From: an uncultured Gammaproteobacteria bacterium
GTDB taxonomy: Bacteria; Pseudomonadota; Gammaproteobacteria; SZUA-229
DNA: 46,512 nt
Assembly: GCA_965368175.1 (NCBI GenBank)
Contig: CBDULX010000001.1
Location: 1 to 46,512 of the forward strand
Reading direction: 5' to 3'
Part shown: piece by piece, positions 16,061 through 25,726 of the stretch
Layout of the letters: each line of letters begins with the position of its first letter
Numbering within the stretch: position 1 is the first letter of the stretch
Notes under the pieces: model-generated
Databases searched by the model: none
Told to the model about the DNA's origin: nothing
Seen by the model: the letters and a program-made list of their open reading frames with translations, nothing else
Made by a program: the position numbers and the translations under genes

Positions 16061-16232
16061 ATAATCTTGCCACAGAGACACAGAGGTCACTGAGGTTTTT
16101 ATAATTTAATAATTTCTCTGGGTTCTCCGTGACTCTGTGGCGTGTTAATAATCAACAATGGAAAATAACGACCAACACTGGATGCAGCAGGCCCTTGAGC
16201 TGGCTGCCAGGGCTGAAGCCGAGGGCGAAGTC
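16001..16232 (+). repeat. right copy of the 232-bp direct repeat (guaA 3' stub + spacer + start of intact tadA)
   Basis: Matches 8872-9103. The guaA stub at 16001-16060 encodes ...[19 protein letters not shown]. Confidence 0.95.
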
Positions 16233-16619
16233 CCGGTGGGTGCTGTCATCGTCAAAGATAATCAGCTTATTGCTGAAGGCTGGAACCATCCCATCCGGTC
16301 TAATGATCCTTCCGCCCATGCAGAAATGATGGCCATGCGTGCGGCAGGGCAAATTTTAAACAATTATCGATTAATGGATACCACACTGTATGTCACCCTT
16401 GAACCCTGTGCCATGTGTGTTGGGGCTATGGTTCATGCACGTATCAAGCGGCTGGTTTTTGGTGCCTATGATCCTAAAACAGGCGCTGCGGGTAGTGCCC
16501 TGGCGCTGATTCAGTCTGATGTACATAATCACAGAATTGAGGTTACAGCAGGTGTGATGGAGGCTGAGTGTCGGGACAGTTTGCAGGCATTTTTCAGGAA
16601 CAGGCGTAAAAAACAGTAA
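16158..16619 (+). CDS. tadA: tRNA-specific adenosine deaminase
   Basis: 153 aa. Deaminase zinc motifs HAEMMA and PCAMCVGA. Confidence 0.93.
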   Translation: MENNDQHWMQQALELAARAEAEGEVPVGAVIVKDNQLIAEGWNHPIRSNDPSAHAEMMAMRAAGQILNNYRLMDTTLYVTLEPCAMCVGAMVHARIKRLVFGAYDPKTGAAGSALALIQSDVHNHRIEVTAGVMEAECRDSLQAFFRNRRKKQ

Positions 16620-16628
16620 TTTTACAGC

Positions 16629-17417
16629 TCAGACTTTACTGGACAGGTTTACGATTTGCTTATTGCTAGAGGCAATGGTCCTTGCCATATCTTTTATTAG
16701 CTTCTCAGCGGTTGCAGGCCGGGTACAGAGCAGGTTGTGAAAGCGTTCGCTGGGTACAACCAGCACGGTGCAATGAGAGGCTGCCATCACACTGGCGGTT
16801 CTTAAAGTGCCTGTTAGAGCAGCAATGGCGCCAAATATTTCATCCGGTTTGATGGCACCAACAATGGTGCTGCCAACCTTAACTTCAGCTGAACCGGTGA
16901 TTAGTGTGTACACTTCGTTATCGCTATCGCCCTCGGTGATAATGGTATCCCCTTTGTTGTACTGACGGATTTCCGGGTGAAACTCAATGTCCTTCTGGAT
17001 ATGATCACTGAGTAAATTCTGATAACCCATGATCAGGTTCATTAAATACTTATTCCAGGTTTCTGTCCGTGTTTCATCATTGCGTATATGTTCTAATAAC
17101 TGAGGCCCATCATATTCATCAACTACAAGAGCAAAGTCAGTTTGGTAACGACTGGGTTTATCGAGGAGTAAACCATCAGCGCCGACCAGGTCTCCCGCTT
17201 CATGGTTAAAAGTGAGGTTGTCATGACAGGTTTCTTTCAGTATTCCATCCTGGATAAAGTACACAGATTGAGTGCTGGCAAGATCGATTTCAGTTTCTGA
17301 GGGTAATTGCAGCTTCCGTGTTTTTACCGGAGCCTGATCCAGAAAGCAATGGATTAGTGCCTGGTTGTCTTCCCAAAGTATTCCATGTTTGTCAAAGCCG
17401 GATATATTGGTAAACAT
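16629..17417 (-). CDS. cyclic-nucleotide-binding domain protein
   Basis: 262 aa. The C-terminal half has the cNMP-binding beta-barrel pattern GDTIITEGDSDNEVYTLITGSAEVKV...IFGAIAALTGTLRTASVMA. The N-terminal half looks like a degenerate second copy. Confidence 0.7.
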   Translation of the reverse strand: MFTNISGFDKHGILWEDNQALIHCFLDQAPVKTRKLQLPSETEIDLASTQSVYFIQDGILKETCHDNLTFNHEAGDLVGADGLLLDKPSRYQTDFALVVDEYDGPQLLEHIRNDETRTETWNKYLMNLIMGYQNLLSDHIQKDIEFHPEIRQYNKGDTIITEGDSDNEVYTLITGSAEVKVGSTIVGAIKPDEIFGAIAALTGTLRTASVMAASHCTVLVVPSERFHNLLCTRPATAEKLIKDMARTIASSNKQIVNLSSKV

Positions 17418-17620
17418 AAGGACCTTTTCGGATTAAAGTTTTTTAAGAATTGCCTGGGAGCATCAGATACTTGACCTGAGGCTCCCTTGTACTGATAGTA
17501 TGTAAAGCATCAATCCTGTGTATGAGACTGTTTTTTCGATCCTACAGTAAATTTATGAGTAGATTTGTGAATCAGTCAATATTGATATAATTTACAGTCC
17601 TGATTTTTATCGATACGATT

Positions 17621-18409
17621 ATGGCAAAAACGACTATTGATACCTGGGATGCTTATTTTTGCAGGCGTTCTGCCCTGTTTGAGTCGGTTCATGAAGTCTC
17701 GGGTGAATTTAGTACCTGTAAGGATTGGCCAACGCTAGAATTTATTAATCAACAATTTGAGCATAGACAGCATGGAATTCGGGCTGTGCCGCAGGCTGGG
17801 GTAGCCACCTGCTTTGAAGAACAATATGAACCGAGAATTTACCTGAAAGCGGAGTTGCAGACACGTAGTAACAACTGGCACGACTTTTTTAATGCCCTGG
17901 TGTGGTTGCAATTCAGCAATACCAAACAGGAACTGAATCGACTGCATTACTATGAGGCTTTACAAAGGGATGAAAAAAGTAACAGGAGCAAGATAGAAAA
18001 CGCCATTACTTTGTTTGATGAATGCGGCTGCATAATTGTCAGTTCTGATCCCGGACTGCTGGATATGATCCGTAATCATCAATGGTATGAACTGTTTGTG
18101 GAACGGCGTGAATCATTCTTCCACGATATTCAGTGCTATATATTTGGGCATGCAATATTTGAAAAGGCATTAAATCCCTATATTGGTATGACCTGTCAGG
18201 CTATATTGATTCATTCTGAGGAGTTGTTAATTGGCTCATTGGGTGATATCGATCAACAGCTTGCGCAACTCTGGTATCGGGGTGATATTCATAAGCCTGC
18301 GGATCTTTCCCCTTTTCCAGTCTTAGGGGTGCCAGGCTGGTATGAAGGAGAACAGTCTGAGGAGTTTTATCACAATGCCGATTATTTTCGTCCCATGCAT
18401 AAAAAATAA
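17621..18409 (+). CDS. hypothetical protein, DUF3025-like
   Basis: 262 aa. WHDFFNALVWLQF and FGHAIFEKALNPYIGMT resemble my recollection of the DUF3025 family. Not verifiable without a search. Confidence 0.55.
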   Translation: MAKTTIDTWDAYFCRRSALFESVHEVSGEFSTCKDWPTLEFINQQFEHRQHGIRAVPQAGVATCFEEQYEPRIYLKAELQTRSNNWHDFFNALVWLQFSNTKQELNRLHYYEALQRDEKSNRSKIENAITLFDECGCIIVSSDPGLLDMIRNHQWYELFVERRESFFHDIQCYIFGHAIFEKALNPYIGMTCQAILIHSEELLIGSLGDIDQQLAQLWYRGDIHKPADLSPFPVLGVPGWYEGEQSEEFYHNADYFRPMHKK

Positions 18410-18490
18410 GACCCAGAGTAGTGGTAGCGGCAAGATTGATTCACCCGTCAAGTAGAATTATGCTTACTGATAAATATACAGAGCAGCTCA

Positions 18491-19252
18491 ATGATTAAAG
18501 GCGTTCTTCTTGATTTATCCGGTGTACTCTACGAGGGAGATCATGCCCTGCCTGGGGCGGTGGATGCCCTGTATCGACTGAAGCAAAATTTTCCATTGGC
18601 CTATGTCACCAATACCAGCCGCAAACCTCGACACACTATACATAGCCTGATGCAAAGCATGGGCTTCGATATTGAAATAGAAGATATTTTTACCGCGGCC
18701 ACGGCTAGCCATCAATATATTCAAGCTCATCAATTAAGCCCCCATTTATTAATTCATCCTGCATTGCAAGAGGAATTTTCAGATATAAACAGTGATCAGC
18801 CCAATGCCGTGTTGTTGGGTGATGCTGCCGAGTATTTTACTTTTGACAAACTGAATCAGGCCTTCAGAGTGTTGATGCAGGACGAGTCGGTGCCTTTGAT
18901 TGCCATGGGTTACAACCGTTATTTTAAGGACACCGATGGCCTGAGCCTGGATCTGGGCGCTTTTACCTCATGCCTGGAGTTTGCCAGTGCCAGGCAGGCG
19001 ATTATTGTCGGTAAACCTTCTAAGGACTTTTATCTACAGGCTGTGGCCCATCTTGGAGCTACGCCTGAACAGACCCTGATGGTGGGTGATGATGTGTATT
19101 CTGATGTAAAAGGAGCCATGGATGCTGGATTACAGGCATGCCTGGTGAAAACGGGTAAATATCGTGAGGCTGATGAATTTAAAATTGATCAGCAACCTGA
19201 TCGACTGTGTAACAATTTTAGTGATCTGGTGGACGATTTATTAGGTCATTAA
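18491..19252 (+). CDS. HAD-superfamily (subfamily IIA-like) phosphatase
   Basis: 253 aa. HAD motifs LLDLSGVLY (I), YVTNTS (II), VGKPS (III) and MVGDDVYSDV (IV). Confidence 0.8.
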   Translation: MIKGVLLDLSGVLYEGDHALPGAVDALYRLKQNFPLAYVTNTSRKPRHTIHSLMQSMGFDIEIEDIFTAATASHQYIQAHQLSPHLLIHPALQEEFSDINSDQPNAVLLGDAAEYFTFDKLNQAFRVLMQDESVPLIAMGYNRYFKDTDGLSLDLGAFTSCLEFASARQAIIVGKPSKDFYLQAVAHLGATPEQTLMVGDDVYSDVKGAMDAGLQACLVKTGKYREADEFKIDQQPDRLCNNFSDLVDDLLGH

Positions 19253-19283
19253 CCACAAATCAAACTTTCAACAGCGAATAAAA

Positions 19284-19357
19284 TCTGCCACTGAGCCGCA
19301 GTGTGCTTGATCAGAGGTTCCTTGTGTTTCTCTGTGTACTTTGCGGCCCTGTGGCAA
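19284..19357. repeat. degenerate REP-like unit enclosing a solo MITE end
   Basis: CTGCCACTGAGCCGCAGTG, then TTGATCAGAGGTTCCTT (19307-19323), then CTCTGTGTACTTTGCGGCCCTGTGGCAA (19330-19357). This is the same right-end composite as at 7256-7321. Confidence 0.5.
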
Positions 19358-19404
19358 ATATTTTTAAATGTTTATTTTTGATTAAACCTCATTCCTGCTG
19401 GATA

Positions 19405-19638
19405 CTATCCATTATGTGAGCCATCACAGAAGGGCAGATTACCGGTTTTGCCACATCCGCAGACATATATCTGGTCGTCACTTTCGGCTGTGTAGGCAAA
19501 GGGAGTTTTGTCAGTCGTTTTGTGAGAGCCATCACAGTAAGGAGGTGTCTGGGTTTGCCCGCATTGACAGATATACACACTTTCTCCCGCTTTAACATCT
19601 ACGGCATAGGGCTGGCCCTGTTCATATAATTTCATCAC
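19405..19638 (-). CDS. CDGSH iron-sulfur domain protein (two CDGSH motifs)
   Basis: 77 aa. CQCGQTQTPPYCDGSH and CGCGKTGNLPFCDGSH. Confidence 0.88.
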   Translation of the reverse strand: MMKLYEQGQPYAVDVKAGESVYICQCGQTQTPPYCDGSHKTTDKTPFAYTAESDDQIYVCGCGKTGNLPFCDGSHNG

Positions 19639-19668
19639 TTTCTCCAGTTTATGTTATTGGTTATTGCC

Positions 19669-19728
19669 AGGCAGCCTCTGATCAGGTCCTAATTGCTTTT
19701 TGCGGGCTAATAAAAGCGTCCAGATTTT
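19669..19728. repeat. fragment of a MITE-like element (left end only), related to 37046-37102
   Basis: AGGCAGCCTCTGATCAGGTCCTAATTGCTTTTTGCGGGCTAATAAAAGCGTCCAGATTTT aligns with AAGGAACCACTGATCAAGTCGTGATTGTTTTATGCAGGTTAAAAGCGTCCAGATTTT. Confidence 0.5.
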
Positions 19729-19747
19729 CTCCGGCTAAAATTGGTAT

Positions 19748-20728
19748 TTAGAAGCGCTCGCGATCATGGCTTGCATCGAACTCCAGTTTTGGTCCCAGTG
19801 GGACGATCTGGGTCGGGTTAATTGTTGTATGGCTGAAATAATAATGTCGTTTTATATAATCAAAATCGATGGTTTCAGAAATGCCGGGTTGCTGGTAAAG
19901 CTCTTTAAGATAATTCCAGAGGTTTGGGTAATCAACAATTCGTTTCAGGTTGCATTTGAAATGTCCAACATATACGGCATCGAATCGAACCAGAGTGGTA
20001 AATAAACGCCAGTCCGCTTCCGTGATGGTTTTCCCGGTCAAATAGCGTTGTTGTGACAATATCGATTCGATCTGGTCCAGCGTATTAAATAAATTCAGGA
20101 AAGCTTTTTCATAGGCCGCCTGGGATGTGGCAAAACCACATCGATAAACACCATTATTGATATTTTCATATACCAGCTCATTGATCTGGTCGATATCAGC
20201 TCTACGCTCAGCCGGATAATAATCTGTGTTGACGTCAGTATATTGCTGAAAGGCTGAATTCAGCATGCGAATGATCTCTGAGGATTCATTATTAACGATG
20301 GTTTTCCTGTGTTTATCCCAGAGAACAGGCACGGTGATCTGTCCGGTATATTCATTATCGGCCAGGGTGTACAGTTGATGCACGTATTTAAAGTCATAAA
20401 GATGATCATGGTAGGGAGATTGCTCATCGTTAGAAAAAATCCAGCCCTGTTCCATCATGTCCGGTTCAACTACGGACAGACCTATAATAGATTCCAGTTT
20501 TTTCAACTTTCTAAAAATGACTGTGCGATGTGCCCAGGGGCAGGCATGAGATATATAGAGGTGATAACGATCCGCTTCTGCTGCAAATCCTGATTCGCCG
20601 CCTGGCCCGGCCGAGCCATCAGGAGTTATCCAGCTGCGAAAAGTGGATTCCATACGCTTGAAGTCGCCATCTTCAATTTCTTTTTCCAGCCAGTTCTGTT
20701 GCAACTGGCCTTTAATCATCATAGCCAT
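19748..20728 (-). CDS. Xi-class glutathione transferase / glutathionyl-hydroquinone reductase (YqjG/ECM4-like)
   Basis: 326 aa. Has the active-site CPWAHRT motif and a size typical of this family. Confidence 0.85.
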   Translation of the reverse strand: MAMMIKGQLQQNWLEKEIEDGDFKRMESTFRSWITPDGSAGPGGESGFAAEADRYHLYISHACPWAHRTVIFRKLKKLESIIGLSVVEPDMMEQGWIFSNDEQSPYHDHLYDFKYVHQLYTLADNEYTGQITVPVLWDKHRKTIVNNESSEIIRMLNSAFQQYTDVNTDYYPAERRADIDQINELVYENINNGVYRCGFATSQAAYEKAFLNLFNTLDQIESILSQQRYLTGKTITEADWRLFTTLVRFDAVYVGHFKCNLKRIVDYPNLWNYLKELYQQPGISETIDFDYIKRHYYFSHTTINPTQIVPLGPKLEFDASHDRERF

Positions 20729-20955
20729 ATCTGAGGTTTCCTGTTACCAGTTATCTATAAGCCGGTAAGTTTTCGTGGAGCAATTGTAGTAATTAAATTG
20801 CCAGTAAGATAGACAGGTTCAGCCCAGTTTAATCTGTAGTTTGTATTATGGATGAATTATGAGGATAAAAAAGCGCAATTATTTGATGTGTATTATCGAA
20901 TGATCAGAGGCCCCAGGATGTGTTGCTGGAAATTTTATGAGGTTAATTGTCAGGG

Positions 20956-22716
20956 TCAGCTATAAAGTGGATGATTTCTTTCAGGTTTTCCATAGTAAAA
21001 ACCCTGTCCCAGGTTGATGCCAATATCTTTTAATATGGCTTCTGTTACCGGGTTTTCCACATATTCGGCCAGGGTGGTGATGCCTAGTGATGATGCTGTA
21101 TCCTGTATACCCTGAACAATGGCCCGCACTTTAGGTTCCATGACTCTCTGGATTAGTGCACCATCAATTTTTAAAAAATCGATGGGCAGGTCAGCTAAAT
21201 ACTGGAAAGATGAGTAACCACTGCCAAAATCATCGAGTGCCAGACGGAAGCCGAAATCGGTAAAAGGGGTTAATAGTTCTATGGCAGTATCGATATCACT
21301 CAGTAACTCTCGCTCGGTGATTTCAATCACCATGGGCTTTAACGCACCAATTTCATTTTCGCATTGAGAACACTTGTTGAATGCGGATTCAATAATTTCT
21401 TCAACCAGATCTCGGTGACAGAGCAAGTCAGCCGAAATATTAACAAAATGATCAATGCGATGGCTGCCGGTCTTTATACCGGTGACACAATGAGAAAATG
21501 CCTGTAATAATATGGTTTTATCGATTCGATGTAATAGCTGTAACTGGTGTGCAGAGTCGATAAAATCTTTGGCGGGTACCATTTCACCGGTCGGCATTTT
21601 TAGTTGGGCAAGTACTTCTTCAGCGACGATTTTACCGGTCTGTAAATCCACAATTGGCTGGAATGCAGGAACAATGCGGCCTTCACATAATGCGGAATCC
21701 AGCATGCTCCCGACATTATAGATATGCTGATGTACCTTGTTGATACTGATAACGCGATCGCGGCCGCCACGTTTTGCCTGGTAAAGGGCCGTATCTGCCG
21801 CAACTACCAGTTTGTCGGAGCAATCGGCGTCTCCTGGAAAGCTCGCAACACCAAAGCTGGCGGAAATATCCAGAGACATCTGACCTGCCTGGATCGGTCT
21901 GGAGCTAATATTCTTTCGTATACGTTCTGCAATTTGTATCGCTTCACAGTGTGGCGTATCTGGTATGACGCAAATAAACTCTTCACCACCCCAGCGGCCA
22001 AAGTAATCTTCATTACGTAATGTCTGGAAGGCCGTATCGGATACGAACTTAAGTGCATTGTCCCCTTCGACGTGACCGAGTCGGTCATTTACCAGTTTGA
22101 ATCGATCAACATCAAACAGAATAATTGATAATGTGCTTTGCCTGCGTTTACTACGTGCAATTTCTTTATCTAGAATTTCCTGAATGCCTCTACGATTCAT
22201 AGCGCCAGTAAGCATGTCGTGGCTGGCCAGATGTGACAGCTTATTCAGTAAGGCATTTTGTTGCAGGGTTTTATTAGCAAGGTGGGTGAAACTGCGGAAA
22301 AAATCGGTGCCAATATAATTAAAAAAGTCGGCCATATCGGAATACAGTAACACCATACCTGCATTCTTTTTATTCTGTACACCAATGGGTAATACTACCA
22401 GTGACATATAGTCATTATGACTGTAATTACTGGAGTCGATCTGTAAGTTACAGGTTACAGGTGTCCAGCTTTTGCTTGCTGCCTGTATTGCTTCCTGAGC
22501 TACTGAGGATGTTATGGCTGGCTGTTGAGGTTCAGCAAAAAGGAAGCTTGCATCTCGGATGTAATGGCTGGATTTAATTAAACGGTCACAAATAATTTTG
22601 AGGACGGTTTGTGCATCAGGTGAATTTGGAATAAACACTGAAGCATCAAGCAAGGCATGATTAAGTAGATACCTTTCATTTTCGAAATCAATTTCACCGT
22701 TTATGGTCTTTAACAT
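20956..22716 (-). CDS. GGDEF-EAL dual-domain c-di-GMP signalling protein with an N-terminal sensory (GAF-like) region
   Basis: 586 aa. RNED-x5-GGEEF (I-site plus active site). EAL-domain motifs FQPIVDL...EEVLAQL, EITE, DDFGSGYSS and KIDG. Confidence 0.88.
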   Translation of the reverse strand: MLKTINGEIDFENERYLLNHALLDASVFIPNSPDAQTVLKIICDRLIKSSHYIRDASFLFAEPQQPAITSSVAQEAIQAASKSWTPVTCNLQIDSSNYSHNDYMSLVVLPIGVQNKKNAGMVLLYSDMADFFNYIGTDFFRSFTHLANKTLQQNALLNKLSHLASHDMLTGAMNRRGIQEILDKEIARSKRRQSTLSIILFDVDRFKLVNDRLGHVEGDNALKFVSDTAFQTLRNEDYFGRWGGEEFICVIPDTPHCEAIQIAERIRKNISSRPIQAGQMSLDISASFGVASFPGDADCSDKLVVAADTALYQAKRGGRDRVISINKVHQHIYNVGSMLDSALCEGRIVPAFQPIVDLQTGKIVAEEVLAQLKMPTGEMVPAKDFIDSAHQLQLLHRIDKTILLQAFSHCVTGIKTGSHRIDHFVNISADLLCHRDLVEEIIESAFNKCSQCENEIGALKPMVIEITERELLSDIDTAIELLTPFTDFGFRLALDDFGSGYSSFQYLADLPIDFLKIDGALIQRVMEPKVRAIVQGIQDTASSLGITTLAEYVENPVTEAILKDIGINLGQGFYYGKPERNHPLYS

Positions 22717-23054
22717 TAAATATACCTATAAGTGCGGCGAATATTGGTTGTCATTTTTGCGCCCAGTATTGAGTGGGTGTTTCATTCATAATACACATGG
22801 GGGGGCGGATGGGGAATACGGAAGATGATTGAATAATGTGCGTTAGTTCAGGAAATCGAGAATTAATGTAAGCGTGATTTCAATCATCAGTATCTGGATT
22901 ATTTTGGGTTCTGTAATTCACTTAATTCAAGATTCAGAGCATGAACAGAAATCAGTATTTCCTGTAGTGAATAGCCTAATGACGCAAACATCAGTAGTAG
23001 ACTTAAGCCAAATATAATCTTGCCAGGTAATCATGAGTGCAGGATTTCAGAAAC

Positions 23055-24065
23055 TTATTGCTGGTATTCAGCCAGTATTTTCTGGTAACTGGAGTAACGC
23101 CCGGGGCTAATTTTGTGATCTTTCAGTGCCATCTGTATGGCGCAGCCGGGTTCAGTGTCATGGGCGCAATTTGAAAACTTGCATTGCCCAATATACGGTC
23201 TCAATTCTTTAAAACCGACTAATATGTCAACTGCTGATATATTCCACAGGCCAAAATCCCTGACACCGGGTGAATCGATGAGTTTTCCACCACAGGGTAA
23301 GTTGTACAGGGTGGAGCTGGTGGTGGTATGAGTGCCTTCACCACTGGCTTCAGATAACTCACCAACCCTTAAGTCCAGTTCTGGAAGCAGGTGATTGATG
23401 ATGGATGATTTCCCAACTCCTGACAGGCCGACAAAAATGCTGGTTCTGGTTTCAAGCCGGCTCATTAGTTCCTTGAATCCGGCATCGGTGACATTGCTGG
23501 ATTTAATTACCGGGTATCCAATGTTGCTGTACTCTAAAATAACCTGATCTATCAGGCCCTGAGTTTGTTCGTCCATAAGATCAATTTTATTGAGCAGAAT
23601 GATCGGGTCGGCAGGCAGGTTTTCGGCAGCCACCAGGTACCGATCAATTAAATAGGGATTGGGTTCGGGTTTAACCGAGGAAACGATGATGATCTGATCG
23701 ATATTGGCGGCCATTGGTTTTAACTTGCCGCCAAAGCCAGGCTTTTGCAGTAAAGACTGCCTGGGTTCGATCGCTACTACCACACCTTCCTGATTCTGAC
23801 TCGGCTGCCAGATGACTCGATCACCACAGACTATAGATCCGAGGTTTTGTCGAGCATAACAACGGACTATATTATTGTTCTCATCCTCTATAATCAGTGA
23901 CTGACCAAAATTGGTGATGACCTGACCTGATTGTTCCAGCCCCAGGCCCTGACTGGTGAGTGACTGTTCTTTATCGCTGGCATTCTGGCTGGCTCTGTGA
24001 CGTCGTTGCTGCTGGATATTATCTATCCTGCGTTTCTGCTGTTCACTGATTCGGCGTTTTGCCAT
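23055..24065 (-). CDS. rsgA: ribosome small-subunit-dependent GTPase A
   Basis: 336 aa. Circularly permuted GTPase motifs NKIDL then GLSGVGKSS, and a C-terminal zinc knuckle CKFSNCAHDTEPGC. It is divergent from orn, as in E. coli. Confidence 0.93.
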   Translation of the reverse strand: MAKRRISEQQKRRIDNIQQQRRHRASQNASDKEQSLTSQGLGLEQSGQVITNFGQSLIIEDENNNIVRCYARQNLGSIVCGDRVIWQPSQNQEGVVVAIEPRQSLLQKPGFGGKLKPMAANIDQIIIVSSVKPEPNPYLIDRYLVAAENLPADPIILLNKIDLMDEQTQGLIDQVILEYSNIGYPVIKSSNVTDAGFKELMSRLETRTSIFVGLSGVGKSSIINHLLPELDLRVGELSEASGEGTHTTTSSTLYNLPCGGKLIDSPGVRDFGLWNISAVDILVGFKELRPYIGQCKFSNCAHDTEPGCAIQMALKDHKISPGRYSSYQKILAEYQQ

Positions 24066-24072
24066 ATTTTAA

Positions 24073-24357
24073 TTAGAATTTGTAAAATTTGTTATTCAGG
24101 TATTCAACCACCGAGTTAGTTTCAGAGACTGTCCAGTCTGCCTTGGCCGGTCCTTTCATGCAGTTGTTAACCTGGCTGGAAAGAGACTCAAGGCTTTTGA
24201 CTCGGCGATCCTGGCGACTGTATACGCTGGTGTCATGACAGTTCACGCATTTTTCATCGTGAAGTTTCTTACCAGTTTGCATAACTGGGTCTTCGTAACC
24301 AGCCGCTGTATTTGAAAGTGCGACACCTAACAGAATAAAGAAAATATTTTTTTTCAC
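24073..24357 (-). CDS. small secreted protein with a single CxxCH haem-binding motif (putative c-type cytochrome)
   Basis: 94 aa. Signal peptide MKKNIFFILLGVALSNTAAG and a CVNCH motif. Confidence 0.5.
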   Translation of the reverse strand: MKKNIFFILLGVALSNTAAGYEDPVMQTGKKLHDEKCVNCHDTSVYSRQDRRVKSLESLSSQVNNCMKGPAKADWTVSETNSVVEYLNNKFYKF

Positions 24358-24372
24358 TGGTTTTCTCCGTTA

Positions 24373-25611
24373 TCAAAGTCTGGCCAGATGGGCGATGCGT
24401 ACTGGCGCCGGGGGATGACTGTCATAAAATGCTGAGTATAAAGGATCCGGGGTCAGGGTGCTGGCATTTTCCTTATACATATTGACCAGGGCCTGGATCA
24501 GGTTATTGGCATTGGTCTGTTCTGCGGCAAATGCATCGGCTTCAAACTCATTTTTACGTGATAGCATGCTAAATATCGGACTCAGGGTAAAGGTGAATAT
24601 CGGCACTACAAGTGCAAACAGCAATAAAGCCATATAGGTGGATGGGCTGGAAACCCCCAGTGCCTGGTAGAACCAGTCGTTTTTCATCAGCCAGGATAAC
24701 AGCCACAGACCAAGCAGGCTCAATGTGAAACTCAAAATCATACTTTTTATAATATGTTTTCGTTTGAAATGTCCCAGTTCATGAGCCAGCACCGCTTCCA
24801 GCTCATCATTGCTGAGGGATTCCAGCAGGGTATCAAAGAACACAATCCGTTTGTTTTTACCAAAGCCAGAAAAGTAGGCATTGCCATGGCTGGAACGACG
24901 TGAGCCGTCGATAACAAATATGCCATTGCTGTTGAATCCGCAGCGTTGTAATAACTGATTAATCCGTTGCAGGGTTTCACCTTCTTCCAGCGGTTTAAAC
25001 TTGTTGAAGATAGGGGCAATCCAGGTGGGATAGGCCCAGGCCAGAAACAGACTGAAACCGGTCCATACCAGCCAGGTATATACCCACCATAAATTTCCAG
25101 TCTGTTCCATGAGCCATAACACGACCCAGATTAAAGGGACCCCAATAGCCAGGGTTAGTGCCAGCCCCTTAAATAGATCGATGACGAAGGTTTTTACGGT
25201 GGTGCGATTGAAACCGAATTTTTCTTCAATCACGAAGGTGCTGTATATGGAAAAGGGTAAATCCAGTGCTGAGCCAATCAGCATCAGGCTGAGTATGACC
25301 GCGATGCCCGTGGTTATGGATGTCAGTTCCATGCCACGCCAGCTTTGATCCAGTAGTTCCAGTCCTCCACCAAAGGTCCAGATCAACAACAGCGCAGCAT
25401 CATACAGCATGGGCCAGCGACCGAAGCGGACTTTACTACTGGTATAATCGGCGGCTTTCTGATGCTCTTCCAGGCTTATTTTACTGCTGAAAGCTTCGGG
25501 TACTTCTGCTCGGTGTGCTTTTACGTGACTGAGATGGCGATAAGCCAGCCAGAGTTTGATAAGCAGTGATAAAGCAAAAAAAGCCAGGAATATTAGCCCA
25601 AAGCTGTGCAT
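24373..25611 (-). CDS. M48-family (Ste24/HtpX-like) integral membrane zinc metalloprotease
   Basis: 412 aa. Multiple hydrophobic segments, HELGHFKRKH (HExxH), and a downstream EFEAD. Confidence 0.88.
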   Translation of the reverse strand: MHSFGLIFLAFFALSLLIKLWLAYRHLSHVKAHRAEVPEAFSSKISLEEHQKAADYTSSKVRFGRWPMLYDAALLLIWTFGGGLELLDQSWRGMELTSITTGIAVILSLMLIGSALDLPFSIYSTFVIEEKFGFNRTTVKTFVIDLFKGLALTLAIGVPLIWVVLWLMEQTGNLWWVYTWLVWTGFSLFLAWAYPTWIAPIFNKFKPLEEGETLQRINQLLQRCGFNSNGIFVIDGSRRSSHGNAYFSGFGKNKRIVFFDTLLESLSNDELEAVLAHELGHFKRKHIIKSMILSFTLSLLGLWLLSWLMKNDWFYQALGVSSPSTYMALLLFALVVPIFTFTLSPIFSMLSRKNEFEADAFAAEQTNANNLIQALVNMYKENASTLTPDPLYSAFYDSHPPAPVRIAHLARL

Positions 25612-25726
25612 AGGATTCTCTCATAAATTAGACGTGGGGGTAATTATCGCTTTTCTGTTAAAAATGTTCTACTGTGTCTGATTCTATACATACCCCACAA
25701 AAAATACACACACTGCTGGAGAGAGA

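Noticed and set aside
15683-16090. 135-aa minus-strand ORF across the island's right end
   Set aside because: It spans the island arm, the guaA stub and the REP hairpin, which are three unrelated sequence blocks. It is antisense to the guaA stub.
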